DNA from: a virus
Lineage: Duplodnaviria; Caudoviricetes
Virus record (IMG/VR): IMGVR_UViG_3300033153_003470
Coordinates: 1-52,663 of that record
Direction: 5' to 3' (one strand)
DNA length: 52,663 bases
The position numbers and the translations under genes are program-made. This document shows positions 27,801 to 36,375 of this stretch, piece after piece. Under the pieces are notes generated by a model. It saw only the letters and a program-made list of their open reading frames with translations, was not told the origin of the DNA and did not search any database. The stretch's first letter is position 1; the number at the start of each line of letters is the position of its first letter.

Positions 27801-30460
27801 ATGACGCCTTTAATCGCGTGAAAAAACTACAGGAAACCATTGAAGAAAGGGGCGGTAAAATTGAAACGGAAACCGATGTATACCGCACAGAAGAACGCTC
27901 AAGCAGCAAGATATCTTTCCGGTTAAGAGAGCTTGAGAAGCAGCGCCAGAAACCCATGCGCGAATTGATGAAGAAGAATGGCATCGATCTCGATACGCTT
28001 GATTTATTCGTAATGGCGAAGCATGCCCAAGAACGCAACGAATATATTGCCAGCATTAACGATGAAATGCCTGACGGCGGATCTGGTATCACGAACCAAG
28101 AAGCGCGAGATATTCTTGAGGAACTTTCTGATAGCCGTGAAGTATTAGAAGAAATCGCGGAATTTGTTTACACCGTTAATAATGAGGCGCTGACCAATCT
28201 AGTTGAAGGTGGCCACTTAAAACAAGAAACCGCAGATGAGTGGCGAGCTCGATGGAAATACTACGTGCCGCTAAAAGGAAAGGATGGAATAGAATTACAC
28301 GCTGGCACCGGAACCGGTTTTGCTATATCTGGCGCAGGCATTAAAAAAGCAATGGGCCGAGGTGAGGGTAACAGAGCAGAAAGCCCAGTAGCTCATAGTT
28401 TTGCGCAAGCAGAATCAATCATTGTTCGCACCGAGAAAACAAAGGTCGGTAGAGCGTTAGTTGAGCTGGTTCGCGCTAACCCTGATCCTGGCTTCTGGAC
28501 TATCAGCAAGCGCGTATATAAAAAGTTTGAGACATTATTTGGCGAGCCTTTTGAGGGTTACGAAGAAGCGCCAGAAGGTTTGATTGAAGACGTAGATTAC
28601 CATCGTGTATCTGCAATCAGCCAAGAAGAGCGGGCGCGGGCAAAGAAAGAAGGCCGCAAACCGGTTGGTAAGATCGTGTATCGATTAGATCAAAACTATA
28701 AGCGCCGCGATGATGTGTTTACAGTTATGGTTGAAGGTGAAGAGCTGCTAATCAACATTAAAGATAAAGTGTTAATGGAGCAGCTGAAAAAAATGAACAC
28801 GACACAGCTCAATGCGGTTGTTCGTGGGTTCGGCAGACTTAATCGATATCTTGCGATGATCAATACCGCGCTAAACCCAGAATTTGTTATCACTAACTTT
28901 GAGCGTGATTTCCAAACCGCCATGATTAATCTGGGTGGTGAGCATTCCGCGGCAATTGCTGCAAAAGTAATGAAGGGGATCCCTGGCGCAATGCGTGGTA
29001 TCTGGCAGTCAACATTCGACACCAAAGGTACTTCTGAATGGCGCGCCTTATTCGATGAGATGCAGGAAGCTGGCGGCACCATCGGTTTCTTTGGCTTAGA
29101 AGATATCGAAACGAAAGTAAAAAACATTCAGCGTAAGCTTACTGATCAACCTGGCGTGCTGGGCCAAACCAAAAAAGGTCTTTTGACAGTTCGAGATATC
29201 GTGTTGGACGCCAACCTATCAGTAGAAAATGCGTCACGTTTAGCTGCATACAAAGTGATAAAAGAAGAGTCGCTTAAGAACGGCATGAGCATGAAAGATG
29301 CAAAAGCCAAAGCCGCATCGGTTGCTAAAAATCTAACGGTAAACTTCAATCGTAAAGGTGAATTGGCTCCAGTATTCAACAGCGCCTATCTATTTTTTAA
29401 TGCAACAGTACAAGGCTCAATGCGTATTATTACAGCGCTGAAGCACAAGCGCGTTCGCAAGATTGTCACTGGCGTTGCTATAGCGGCGTACTTCCAAGCA
29501 ATGTATAACCAGGGCGCGGGTGGCGACGATGAGGATGGCGTTCCGAATTGGGATAAAATTAGCGACTACTTAAAGCAGACTAATATAATTTTCATGCACC
29601 CAGATGGATCTGGTAACTACAGTAAAATTAAGTTGCCTTATGGGTACAATGTATTCTATTACGCCGGCACAGCTATGTATGACTTGCAATACGGCAAGGA
29701 TTCATCAGCAACAAAAACAACGATGAACATGCTATCTGCGATATTGAATGCTTATAACCCAATACAAGGTGCCGATTTGCTTGACTCTATAACTCCTACA
29801 TTCTTAAAGCCGTATGAGCAGGACGTAAGAAATACAAACTTCATGGGTGCCAAGCTTAAGCCTGAGTATCCGTTCGACACTTACGATCGCCCAGAATCAC
29901 AGAAGCATTTTAAGTCTACGAACCCACAGCTTGTGGAAATGATGAAGTATCTTAATGAGGCGACCGGTGGCGATGAAACCCACTCTGGGCTAATTGATAT
30001 GTCTCCTGAAATAGTAGAGCACTACATTGGCTGGGTAACAGGTGGTGCCGGTAAGTTCGCAACACGAACAATCGATACCGCATCAAAATTAGTAACCGGC
30101 GACGAGATAGATCAAAGAGATGTGCCTTTCCTCCGGACATTAGGTGGAAAGCGTGGATCGCACTACGACACAAACCGATACTATGAATCAATGAAAGCGG
30201 TGGCTGCGGTCGAGGCTCAGCTGAAGCTGTACAAGGGAACCGATAACTGGGCCGACTACAGAGACAAAAACTCTGAGGTCCATAAGCTTGCGATAAACGT
30301 GAGAAGATATAAGAACGCCATTAAAAATCTGCGCACACAGCGAGACAAGGCATACATCGATGACGATCGGGACCTGGCTGCAGAAAAAACTGAAATGATC
30401 CGCCAGAGAATGATGGAGTTTTCCATGAAATATGATGAAGCGCTTGAGGAACAGAAATAA
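24812..30460 (+). CDS. Large polyvalent protein 2: RelA/SpoT-type synthetase-like domain, zincin-like metallopeptidase, JAB/RadC domain and C-terminal LPD38-like region
   Basis: ~25240-25690: K..ARRK...TDIVRG...GYFD...GEIQL...HDVY. ~26284: RHEVVGHFGL. ~26820-27170: ET...HNHPSG...PS.AD...GHIVLG. C-terminal VNFNRKG...Y.FFNA...KLPYG. Confidence 0.85.
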   Translation: MSLKKCIKATTNLNDADVESVTDSFDTYSERMDQDVAAKLAIDDTIASLEQERAEYLELFDETYPEARKPVEKPKSRVQSFDSDTETGEAVRTMKGKQSGWGLKEHYKNAHDNQVLLNEVAESITTVTSANYIHAPKEFAQSEAGEKTKKSARRKINEKYRGDGSNMTDIVRGTFTVKSPKDVAVITARLGEQFDGVDEGWAMTSTGYFDRKILIQFDGGQIGEIQLVAPNTLNAKENLGMHDVYDDWRKTLTPSKKTGSLVIKPGMEFLSSLEKNTMSRFYAEAIGAEADTAWRDVYADVARSSLSTQDSSELIEMSLASSITTSTSSEAQAPSRKTAAATSFSGVSKSTVGSYSYESERTILPSGKSIIDSYIKSLPKTAIRGGVRLDLRSGKDDIQTGDFIQHTPPAEQSPKKSLTVESLTGITKSLQRDFHGTRELHFHIFETQAEAFGSNSVKENGVLKGGFYAGTNEVVMIAENIKDVNEAITVMRHEVVGHFGLRKLLNGKGEYDALLVRVYDSRTGELKDLYDWVAKIYPDLIVKNDIRAIADEMLARAAETKTKSNLLTKIYDEIIKLLNKIGLVMDTISHSEVDSLVRSSEMLLRKNIISQSYGNLVWSDKADGVREQAQFDLFTPEGLPAEVARSQVTDNFNIKYKQVEVGKLKVGLTTVTSPEEAAHVLAPIRKHGQETMMAVVLDKNKKILHVIRHTKGVKDGASVSPVELAAAIGATEKAASVWIGHNHPSGQAIPSSADRTITGRVKDALDGSGIELKGHIVLGKGAAAYSMDGNGDLMGEIKAKPLVRKSAAPVTERMIRKNKMEDAPTITNTKTAKEFIRNEATKNGVILMNTQHYVIGVLSMSPHEMKNLRDGKQIPRILKAIDETNTSAVIVVTEDKNAAHNLNTYFMRLGDLNRLDTFVRDGASIISLEERGEASGSYGAVFHRKEDQVDGGRRVFDSNDPNILFNRAADTINDAPTDGNLGMPDETVKDRWLRGLHDAFNRVKKLQETIEERGGKIETETDVYRTEERSSSKISFRLRELEKQRQKPMRELMKKNGIDLDTLDLFVMAKHAQERNEYIASINDEMPDGGSGITNQEARDILEELSDSREVLEEIAEFVYTVNNEALTNLVEGGHLKQETADEWRARWKYYVPLKGKDGIELHAGTGTGFAISGAGIKKAMGRGEGNRAESPVAHSFAQAESIIVRTEKTKVGRALVELVRANPDPGFWTISKRVYKKFETLFGEPFEGYEEAPEGLIEDVDYHRVSAISQEERARAKKEGRKPVGKIVYRLDQNYKRRDDVFTVMVEGEELLINIKDKVLMEQLKKMNTTQLNAVVRGFGRLNRYLAMINTALNPEFVITNFERDFQTAMINLGGEHSAAIAAKVMKGIPGAMRGIWQSTFDTKGTSEWRALFDEMQEAGGTIGFFGLEDIETKVKNIQRKLTDQPGVLGQTKKGLLTVRDIVLDANLSVENASRLAAYKVIKEESLKNGMSMKDAKAKAASVAKNLTVNFNRKGELAPVFNSAYLFFNATVQGSMRIITALKHKRVRKIVTGVAIAAYFQAMYNQGAGGDDEDGVPNWDKISDYLKQTNIIFMHPDGSGNYSKIKLPYGYNVFYYAGTAMYDLQYGKDSSATKTTMNMLSAILNAYNPIQGADLLDSITPTFLKPYEQDVRNTNFMGAKLKPEYPFDTYDRPESQKHFKSTNPQLVEMMKYLNEATGGDETHSGLIDMSPEIVEHYIGWVTGGAGKFATRTIDTASKLVTGDEIDQRDVPFLRTLGGKRGSHYDTNRYYESMKAVAAVEAQLKLYKGTDNWADYRDKNSEVHKLAINVRRYKNAIKNLRTQRDKAYIDDDRDLAAEKTEMIRQRMMEFSMKYDEALEEQK
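25702..25920 (-). CDS. Nested antisense small acidic protein; candidate immunity or antitoxin for the adjacent RelA/SpoT-like domain
   Basis: AGGAG (minus strand, 25927-25931) lies 6 nt before the ATG. The 72-aa product is protein-like (15 D/E, 2 W), while the sense frame over the same bases is a Ser/Thr-rich shadow. Confidence 0.65.
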   Translation of the reverse strand: MDFPLGRIVRSLSYEYEPTVLFETPEKEVAAAVFRDGAWASEDVDVVIDDAKLISMSSLESWVDKLERATSA

Positions 30461-30679
30461 ATGGCAGCTATAATTGAAAATAAAATGAGCTCAGAATGGC
30501 TGGCTATTAAAGGGTATTGCGAGAATAGCCTTGCAGATCTGAGGGCTGAAAACGATAATGAGCTCAGTGAAAAAGAAACATCGATATTGCGAGGCAAGAT
30601 TGCCTTTGCAAAAGAGATTCTGGATCTGGGTAAAAACGAGCAAGATGTAGAGATATCTGATACAAAGTACATTGACTAA
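30461..30679 (+). CDS. Small conserved phage protein (W..I......L...R..ND......T..LRG.I)
   Basis: Abuts the stop of polyvalent protein 2; motif resembles small genes usually next to the portal. Confidence 0.6.
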   Translation: MAAIIENKMSSEWLAIKGYCENSLADLRAENDNELSEKETSILRGKIAFAKEILDLGKNEQDVEISDTKYID

Positions 30680-30712
30680 TATCACCGTCGAGATGACAGC
30701 GAGGAATTTATT

Positions 30713-30997
30713 ATGAACGGTTTTGGAGTATTTGAAAAACGCACACCAATGGGGTTTGAGCAGGTAACTGGGCTCAGTTCAGCCAAAGGCTTAACCGTTC
30801 CTCCTGGCGCACGCATGGCGGTACTAAGCTGCGTCACACAAGCAGTAACTTGGCGAGATGATGGAACAGCGCCAACGTCTACTGTTGGTGTACATCTACC
30901 GGTGAACACACCTTTCTCATATACAGGCAACTTAAACGCGCTTCAGTTTATCGAAGTAACTACGTCAGCAGAAATTAGCGTCAGCTATTACAGCTAA
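30713..30997 (+). CDS. Small beta-rich putative structural protein
   Basis: SD gagga; Q.V.WRDDGTAPT...G motif. Confidence 0.6.
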   Translation: MNGFGVFEKRTPMGFEQVTGLSSAKGLTVPPGARMAVLSCVTQAVTWRDDGTAPTSTVGVHLPVNTPFSYTGNLNALQFIEVTTSAEISVSYYS

Positions 30998-31428
30998 TGG
31001 CTTCTATGACAGAAAAGCTTAGGGACCTCCTTATTCAACATGAGGGAGAGGTAAATCATGCTTACGAGGACTCGGAAGGCTACCTAACTATTGGGGTAGG
31101 CCGGCTAATCGATGAGCGTAAAGGTGGCGGTATCAGCCACGAAGAAGCCATGCACTTACTGGATAACGATATCAAGACAACTCTTGGTGAGTGCGATCGC
31201 ATGTTTGACTGGTTCGATGATCTGGATGAAGTCAGAAAAGTAGTTGTTCTCAATATGGTTTTTAATATGGGCCTGAGTAACTTTATGGGCTTCAGAAAAA
31301 CAATCTATTTTATTTCTGCCAGCGCTTACGAATCAGCGGCAAAAGAAATGCTTGATTCTAAATGGGCTACGCAAGTAGGAAGAAGAGCCACGCACCTGTC
31401 CGGAATGATGGAGTCGGGCGAATATTAA
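30997..31428 (+). CDS. Endolysin, T4-lysozyme-like (GH24)
   Basis: HEG....AY.DSEGYLTIGVGR (catalytic E-D-T arrangement) and AAKEMLDSKWATQVGRRA. Confidence 0.9.
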   Translation: MASMTEKLRDLLIQHEGEVNHAYEDSEGYLTIGVGRLIDERKGGGISHEEAMHLLDNDIKTTLGECDRMFDWFDDLDEVRKVVVLNMVFNMGLSNFMGFRKTIYFISASAYESAAKEMLDSKWATQVGRRATHLSGMMESGEY

Positions 31429-31443
31429 TTTAGGGGTGGCGGC

Positions 31444-31710
31444 ATGGCAGACTCGGACAGTCATACAAAATGGATAGGCATTATTGTCGGTCTAATCATT
31501 TTGTTCCTTACTTGGGTTAGTAACTCGGTAATAAACCTGCATGAACAGGTTGATGAGAAAGCGGATAAGACTGACATCTCTGATAGATGGACCGGCAAGC
31601 AGCAAATCGAATATAGAATGAATGTGCAGAATCAAATGGATTCGCTGCACGAAGAAGTGGACAGGCTGCGCGATAACACACACATCAAAAAGCATTTGCT
31701 GGAAGACTAA
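31444..31710 (+). CDS. Small membrane protein of the lysis region
   Basis: One N-terminal TM helix (WIGIIVGLIILFLTWV) followed by a coiled coil. Confidence 0.6.
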   Translation: MADSDSHTKWIGIIVGLIILFLTWVSNSVINLHEQVDEKADKTDISDRWTGKQQIEYRMNVQNQMDSLHEEVDRLRDNTHIKKHLLED

Positions 31711-31712
31711 CG

Positions 31713-32006
31713 ATGAACGTAGAAACATTATCAAAGCTCATGAATAATGCAAAAGCAATTTATGCTGTTATGTTTTTAGTTGCTGCAGGAATGTATAACG
31801 GCATTATATGGGCTGCTGACCAGCGATACTTGCAAACCGCGAACTATGAAAAGCGTGAAGTAGTTAAGGAAATACGGCAATTGAATTATGAAATAGCTAA
31901 GTATGAAACTCAGCTGCTGTACGAAAAAGATGCAGATAAAAAAGCAATGATTAATGCTTTGATTATCAACGTCAAGAAAGAAATTAAAAACTTAAAGGGC
32001 GAATAA
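31713..32006 (+). CDS. Small membrane or coiled-coil protein of the lysis region
   Basis: Hydrophobic AIYAVMFLVAAG segment followed by a coiled coil. Confidence 0.55.
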   Translation: MNVETLSKLMNNAKAIYAVMFLVAAGMYNGIIWAADQRYLQTANYEKREVVKEIRQLNYEIAKYETQLLYEKDADKKAMINALIINVKKEIKNLKGE

Positions 32007-32008
32007 TT

Positions 32009-32506
32009 ATGAACTGGAAAGACATTGTTAAGTCTGTTGCACCTGTGCTGGGTGGAGCATTAGGCGGCCCATTTGGTTCGATGGCTAGTAAATGGTTAGC
32101 CGGTACATTACTGGGTGATGAGAACGCTGGCGAAGGCGCACTTGAAGAAGCAATTAATGCAGCGAACCCAGATACATTTTTAAAGTTAAGAGAGCTTGAC
32201 GCTGACTTTAAAGTTGAGATGAAGCGTATCGGTCTGGAAGAAAAGCAATTGGTTGTTGAAGACAGAAAGGATGCGCGTAAATTGTTTAGCGTGGACAAGC
32301 GACCACAGATCATATTGTCAGGTGTCTTTATTGGCGGTTACTTTATCCTGGTGTACTCATTAATTACTGGCGGATTTGAAATCGATCCATCTCAAACCGC
32401 ATTGGTCGCTACGCTTATTGGCGTATTAACCGCGGGTGTATCAAATATCATGCAATTTTGGTTCGGATCTTCTTCAGGCAGCAAAGATAAAACCAAGGTG
32501 GGTTAA
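32009..32506 (+). CDS. Holin-like membrane protein
   Basis: VAP.LG.ALGGP start, DR.DAR motif, two TM helices and a FWFGSS.GSK end. Confidence 0.7.
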   Translation: MNWKDIVKSVAPVLGGALGGPFGSMASKWLAGTLLGDENAGEGALEEAINAANPDTFLKLRELDADFKVEMKRIGLEEKQLVVEDRKDARKLFSVDKRPQIILSGVFIGGYFILVYSLITGGFEIDPSQTALVATLIGVLTAGVSNIMQFWFGSSSGSKDKTKVG

Positions 32507-32733
32507 TACTTACGTTTACCGCCTTTTTTGGTTTTACCCATCTTAGACCAAAATGGTTGTTCAGGTTTATGTGTCACTTCAATTGCGCTGGCGTGTGACC
32601 GTAACTCATCAACCACCAAGAATGTCTCGCCGCCAACAACCGTAACCCACGTACCGCTATCTATTGACTGGGTACCCATATCAGTAACTTCATAAGCTGT
32701 ACCACGAATCACCACAACATTATTTACTATCAT
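32503..32733 (-). CDS. Hypothetical protein
   Basis: 76-aa ORF, ATGA-coupled to the upstream gene; last gene of the leftward arm. Confidence 0.55.
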   Translation of the reverse strand: MIVNNVVVIRGTAYEVTDMGTQSIDSGTWVTVVGGETFLVVDELRSHASAIEVTHKPEQPFWSKMGKTKKGGKRKY

Positions 32734-32942
32734 CTAATAAAGCCGAAGTAATAGTCAGCATCTTCTCGACGTTGTTCCGCTTCAGTTTTATTAATAAACT
32801 GGCCAAGCCATATTTGTTTATTTCCAACCTTTATCTGTACGGCCCATCGCTTACGGTCTATTCGCCACCACACGCCATTAACGCCTGATGTGTTGTCTGT
32901 TCTAACTTTACGATTATCCAGTTTGGCTTTATTCATCGCCAC
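32730..32942 (-). CDS. Stand-alone AP2 DNA-binding domain (possible HNH-AP2 remnant)
   Basis: DNTSGVNGV.W....RW..QI......LG.F.....A...R; no HNH part. Confidence 0.7.
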   Translation of the reverse strand: MAMNKAKLDNRKVRTDNTSGVNGVWWRIDRKRWAVQIKVGNKQIWLGQFINKTEAEQRREDADYYFGFIR

Positions 32943-33202
32943 GTTTTCTTGACATAGATCATATCGAGACTTGAATCGGTTGAGTCGAGGATCCCAGACA
33001 CATGCTGGTACTGCACGCTATACCCGTCTTTAAGCTGGTAGCCAAGCTCAACAATGCCCAGCGGGGACTCAAGTGAGCGTGAGCGTACCGTGATTGCAGA
33101 ACACTGCTCACAGGTGATGTCATGGCCTGATGTTGCACCAGATCCATTAACGCTGACGCCCATTCCGAGCGCAAAGTACCAACCTAGAATTAAAGATTCC
33201 AT
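32933..33202 (-). CDS. Small beta-strand-rich, possibly envelope-associated protein
   Basis: Alternating aromatic/hydrophobic strands (ELGYQ..YSVQYQH.S...MIYVKKTW). Confidence 0.5.
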   Translation of the reverse strand: MESLILGWYFALGMGVSVNGSGATSGHDITCEQCSAITVRSRSLESPLGIVELGYQLKDGYSVQYQHVSGILDSTDSSLDMIYVKKTWR

Positions 33203-33231
33203 TATATTCTACCGCCTTTTTTAGTAAAAAT

Positions 33232-33420
33232 TTAAACAGGGTTTCTGAGTTTGCGTATGAGAAAGTTGTGACCTTCGATCTGGTTTTTAGTCATAACCTT
33301 GCTGCGAACCGGATCACAATGATTGGTGCGAACAAAATCCATATCAGCTAAAAGGCGAGCATAATCAAGATCCCCTTTCTGAATGGCCATTGCTACTTCT
33401 TGCGTAAGTGCTTGTTTCAT
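33232..33420 (-). CDS. Hypothetical protein
   Basis: 62-aa ORF in operon orientation; no SD, possible promoter immediately upstream. Confidence 0.45.
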   Translation of the reverse strand: MKQALTQEVAMAIQKGDLDYARLLADMDFVRTNHCDPVRSKVMTKNQIEGHNFLIRKLRNPV

Positions 33421-33494
33421 AATCGGAATATAGCCTAGCTACGCAGGAAATCAAGGAATATGGGTGAAAATATACCCACAAAGAGATATATAGC

Positions 33495-33851
33495 CTAAAT
33501 TTTAGCGTATTTCTTGATTGCCTGTATGGCCTCATCGGCACCATAACAAACCACGCATTTATAACCCTGCTTCTTCATATCTCTGTGAAAGAACGCCTGA
33601 TTAGCTGATACCTTGCTGGGACCGTCAACTTTTCGCCTCTTAAGCTCAATGTAAAGCCCAGGGTACTCTTTAGTCACAATAGGGAGGCACATATCAGCAA
33701 CGCCGGCCTTTACCCCTCCACGCTTTAATCTAGCCGCTTCCCGCGCATCTCGCTTACCGCCATTAGGAACCGAAAAAAGCCAGCGAAGCACTGGATAATA
33801 TGCAGCCCACTGAAATACAAGCTCCTGCTCATAATCCTCATGATGCTTCAT
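33495..33851 (-). CDS. VRR-NUC domain nuclease
   Basis: E..EQ...PNGG.R..EAARLK..GVKAGVAD...IELK...S.NQ; start placed at MKHHE. Confidence 0.85.
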   Translation of the reverse strand: MKHHEDYEQELVFQWAAYYPVLRWLFSVPNGGKRDAREAARLKRGGVKAGVADMCLPIVTKEYPGLYIELKRRKVDGPSKVSANQAFFHRDMKKQGYKCVVCYGADEAIQAIKKYAKI

Positions 33852-34341
33852 TGGGTTGCCCGTGATTATGATGAAAACCAAATTTATTATCTGCCGACTT
33901 GCGGGAGCAAGCAGCCTCAAACCAGTCATCAAAATATCCTAGATGAACATCTTTATAGTCAATCGTTATTCGTGAGCGCCATTTATTTTCCCTCGATGCC
34001 CAACCAACACCGATTAAGCCGCTATTATTATTTTTACCTATGCTTCGGTTTCTTTGGTTTTCTTGTTTCGTCACTTCGCGTAGATTAATAATGCGATTAT
34101 CGTCTGTTATGTGGTTAATGTGATCTATATCGAGTTTTGGCCACTCCCCGTAAATATATAGCCACGCAAGCCTGTGGGCGAAATATTTCTTACCCTGAAA
34201 ACCTATGAGGATATATCCGTGCCTGTTCTTGCCGGCAACATCGCCAGCTCTCACGGTACTGGTTGGGCTAACAAGCCACTTAAACACGCCTGTTTCTCGG
34301 TCGTAGTCCAGTATCTTTTTAAGTTTGGCTCGTGTAATCAT
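33838..34341 (-). CDS. HNH homing endonuclease with AP2 domain
   Basis: AHRLAW.Y..G.WP..DIDHIN....DNRI.NLR and NNSG..GV. Confidence 0.9.
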   Translation of the reverse strand: MITRAKLKKILDYDRETGVFKWLVSPTSTVRAGDVAGKNRHGYILIGFQGKKYFAHRLAWLYIYGEWPKLDIDHINHITDDNRIINLREVTKQENQRNRSIGKNNNSGLIGVGWASRENKWRSRITIDYKDVHLGYFDDWFEAACSRKSADNKFGFHHNHGQPNEAS

Positions 34342-34637
34342 AAAACCAATACCCCATCTTCAATCATTATGATTTGTGTGCGTATAACCGCCTCTAAGTG
34401 AAGTCGATCCCTAAAATCTCTCATATCTGTTTTTGCGTATCCGCCATCCAGCCAAGAATGACAGTGGGAGCACGCATAGGCGCCGTGGATATTGTAATGC
34501 TTTGCTGCCATGCCTCCGCCGTTGATATGGGCGAGCACGGTTGTTTCGTTTTCTGGTGCCGGTCGGCAAACGCCAGGGACCCGTACTTGGCACGGCTTAC
34601 CTTTTGCGCTTCTGGTGTACTTGTCCCGCTTACTCAT
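34338..34637 (-). CDS. DUF1364 / YbcO-like putative nuclease
   Basis: A.G..CQVR.PGVC.....TVLAH......G......GAYACS.CH..LD. Confidence 0.85.
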   Translation of the reverse strand: MSKRDKYTRSAKGKPCQVRVPGVCRPAPENETTVLAHINGGGMAAKHYNIHGAYACSHCHSWLDGGYAKTDMRDFRDRLHLEAVIRTQIIMIEDGVLVL

Positions 34638-35068
34638 AACAACTCAACCAAATATCTGTAAGCCTTGACGTACCTGTTTAACCGAACCACGTCCCGCTCT
34701 TTAATTTCTGGCAACCGCCTAATGTTCATGTTGTCCACTAAATCGGCAATCTTAACCACTCTAGCAATCTTGTTGTCACCAGCACGGATAACGAAGTCTT
34801 TATACTCTTCACCATGCCTACGTGTTAAAGCATTAACAGCCTCAACAACCTCTTCTGGAATACCTTTCGCAATCAAGTCTTCAAAACTAACCTCAGTATC
34901 TTCAACAACATCATGCAAAACAGCAGCAACCTTCTCAAGATCACCAACCACATTGCTCATTACTCTAAATGGGTGAGTGACATAAGGTAAGCCGGCTTTA
35001 TCAACCTGCCCTTCGTGGGCTTCGACGGCAATCATAATCGCTCTGCTAATTAACTCGTTGTATCTCAT
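34634..35068 (-). CDS. Small alarmone hydrolase (RelA/SpoT HD domain, Mesh1/Aph1-like)
   Basis: A..AH.GQ.DKAG.PY.THP.RV...AVLHDVVEDT...LT...VKIADL.DN. Confidence 0.88.
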   Translation of the reverse strand: MRYNELISRAIMIAVEAHEGQVDKAGLPYVTHPFRVMSNVVGDLEKVAAVLHDVVEDTEVSFEDLIAKGIPEEVVEAVNALTRRHGEEYKDFVIRAGDNKIARVVKIADLVDNMNIRRLPEIKERDVVRLNRYVKAYRYLVELL

Positions 35069-35070
35069 TA

Positions 35071-35116
35071 GTTCCTCCTACATATATATATTATACCTAT
35101 AAGCTATATTAATCAA
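35071..35116 (-). promoter_or_regulatory. Early-type sigma70 promoter copy F with SD, driving the hydrolase
   Basis: Minus strand TTGATT-N17(aatatagcttataggta)-TAATAT...tatatgtaggagg; same family as the promoters at 40.7-43.6 kb. Confidence 0.7.
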
Positions 35117-35304
35117 CGCTTATCCGACCCAAGATTCTTCAAGTAGGCGGCAATAGCCTTTTCTGGTTCGTCTTCATCATCGAGATTTAAGTGGTTCTTG
35201 GTTCGCAACATAAAACCTTGATCAGAGCGCATGCCGTGATCATCATCAATATGCACAGCTAGGTACGTGTTGTACCCGCATTTAAGTTTTCTAACTTTTG
35301 TCAT
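35113..35304 (-). CDS. Hypothetical protein
   Basis: Start placed at MTKVRK, just after the upstream stop. Confidence 0.5.
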   Translation of the reverse strand: MTKVRKLKCGYNTYLAVHIDDDHGMRSDQGFMLRTKNHLNLDDEDEPEKAIAAYLKNLGSDKR

Positions 35305-35308
35305 AGCT

Positions 35309-35878
35309 TTACCCATTTTCCTCAACAAATTTATCCAAGATATCTTTTGCATATTCTGGCAAATATTTATTATGCTCATAAGAAGACACGTAACCAGCCT
35401 GAATATCTAACGACTTGGCAAGCTTGGTTTGTGACAACTCCATATCGGTACGAATAACCTGTAGCGATTCTCTGTTAGAAACAAAATCCTTATGCTTAGT
35501 TTTCATGTGGTTCTGCAGATTTTTAAATGTGCGATTGCAGCAAGGGCATACGCCATGCTTGATACGGTTTTTCATTCGCAACTTAGATTTACGCTGAACT
35601 TCTTCCTTGATTCGCATTTTATCAGCCTCGGCTCTCGCTTCATTGGCTCTACGCAAGGCGTCTTCTTTTCGCCTTCTCTCTTTAGCGAGCTCGTCCCTTA
35701 GCTTTTGCTCCGATGATTTATTTTTGTCAAAATATAAAGAGTGGCCGTTATAGCAAAAAAATTCACTGCCATCTTTTCGCTTTCTGCTCATAACATCGTT
35801 AGGCAAAACAACAACCGCGCCACACTTACAGCAAGTTGTTTCATCAAAATAAACTTGTAAGCTATATATTGCTGACAT
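35309..35878 (-). CDS. Cys-rich zinc-binding protein with a C-terminal XRE-like HTH
   Basis: CCKCG, FFCYNGH, CPCCNRTF..L..H...H, then LSQTKLA..L.I....VS.YE. Confidence 0.7.
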   Translation of the reverse strand: MSAIYSLQVYFDETTCCKCGAVVVLPNDVMSRKRKDGSEFFCYNGHSLYFDKNKSSEQKLRDELAKERRRKEDALRRANEARAEADKMRIKEEVQRKSKLRMKNRIKHGVCPCCNRTFKNLQNHMKTKHKDFVSNRESLQVIRTDMELSQTKLAKSLDIQAGYVSSYEHNKYLPEYAKDILDKFVEENG

Positions 35879-35880
35879 AA

Positions 35881-36375
35881 TTACCTCTCCATTGTTCCTG
35901 CTGCTTTCATCAACGCTTCCCAGTAAAGATCTTCTGGCTGCGGTAAAATAATTCCGTTATTAGCGCTGTTCATATCGATCAGATCCAAGTAATGCGCGAA
36001 CTGCTTAGTTGACATTAGACTGGTAACTGGCACGAACTCCATTGCTATCAGCTGAAGCTCATGGCTTAGCGGCATTAACGCAGTCGCATAGAACTCATTA
36101 AAATCAGCGTCATCTAGCAGAATAGGAACGCCATAAACCAGCTTACAGTTTCTACGCTCATAATCTTCGCCGTGACCAGTCGCATCGCCTAACACCCGAT
36201 ACCACATAAAGCTCAGCCGGTTCTGTTTGTTGCTTCTGCTTTCATCGTCAATAGAAACTTTCACTGTGTACGGCTTCTCTTTAGTGGGTACGAGTTTAGA
36301 GATGGCCGCTGCAACTTTGTTTGCGTGAGCCACATTTTTCAGGTGGAATGTTTTTGTGTGATCAGACGTTTCCAT
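35881..36375 (-). CDS. NinB/Orf-like recombination accessory protein
   Basis: RS..QN.L...W and TS.MSTKQF..YL..I....A..GI.LP. Confidence 0.75.
   Translation of the reverse strand: METSDHTKTFHLKNVAHANKVAAAISKLVPTKEKPYTVKVSIDDESRSNKQNRLSFMWYRVLGDATGHGEDYERRNCKLVYGVPILLDDADFNEFYATALMPLSHELQLIAMEFVPVTSLMSTKQFAHYLDLIDMNSANNGIILPQPEDLYWEALMKAAGTMER

Noticed and set aside
12598-30460. Many other antisense or alternate-frame ORFs within the giant genes (e.g. 15492-15938, 18123-18641, 25210-25578, 27652-28092, 28696-29127)
   Set aside because: They have the Ser/Phe/Leu-rich shadow composition, I noticed no clear SD, and the sense frame there encodes conserved domains. This is the opposite of the situation at 25702-25920.
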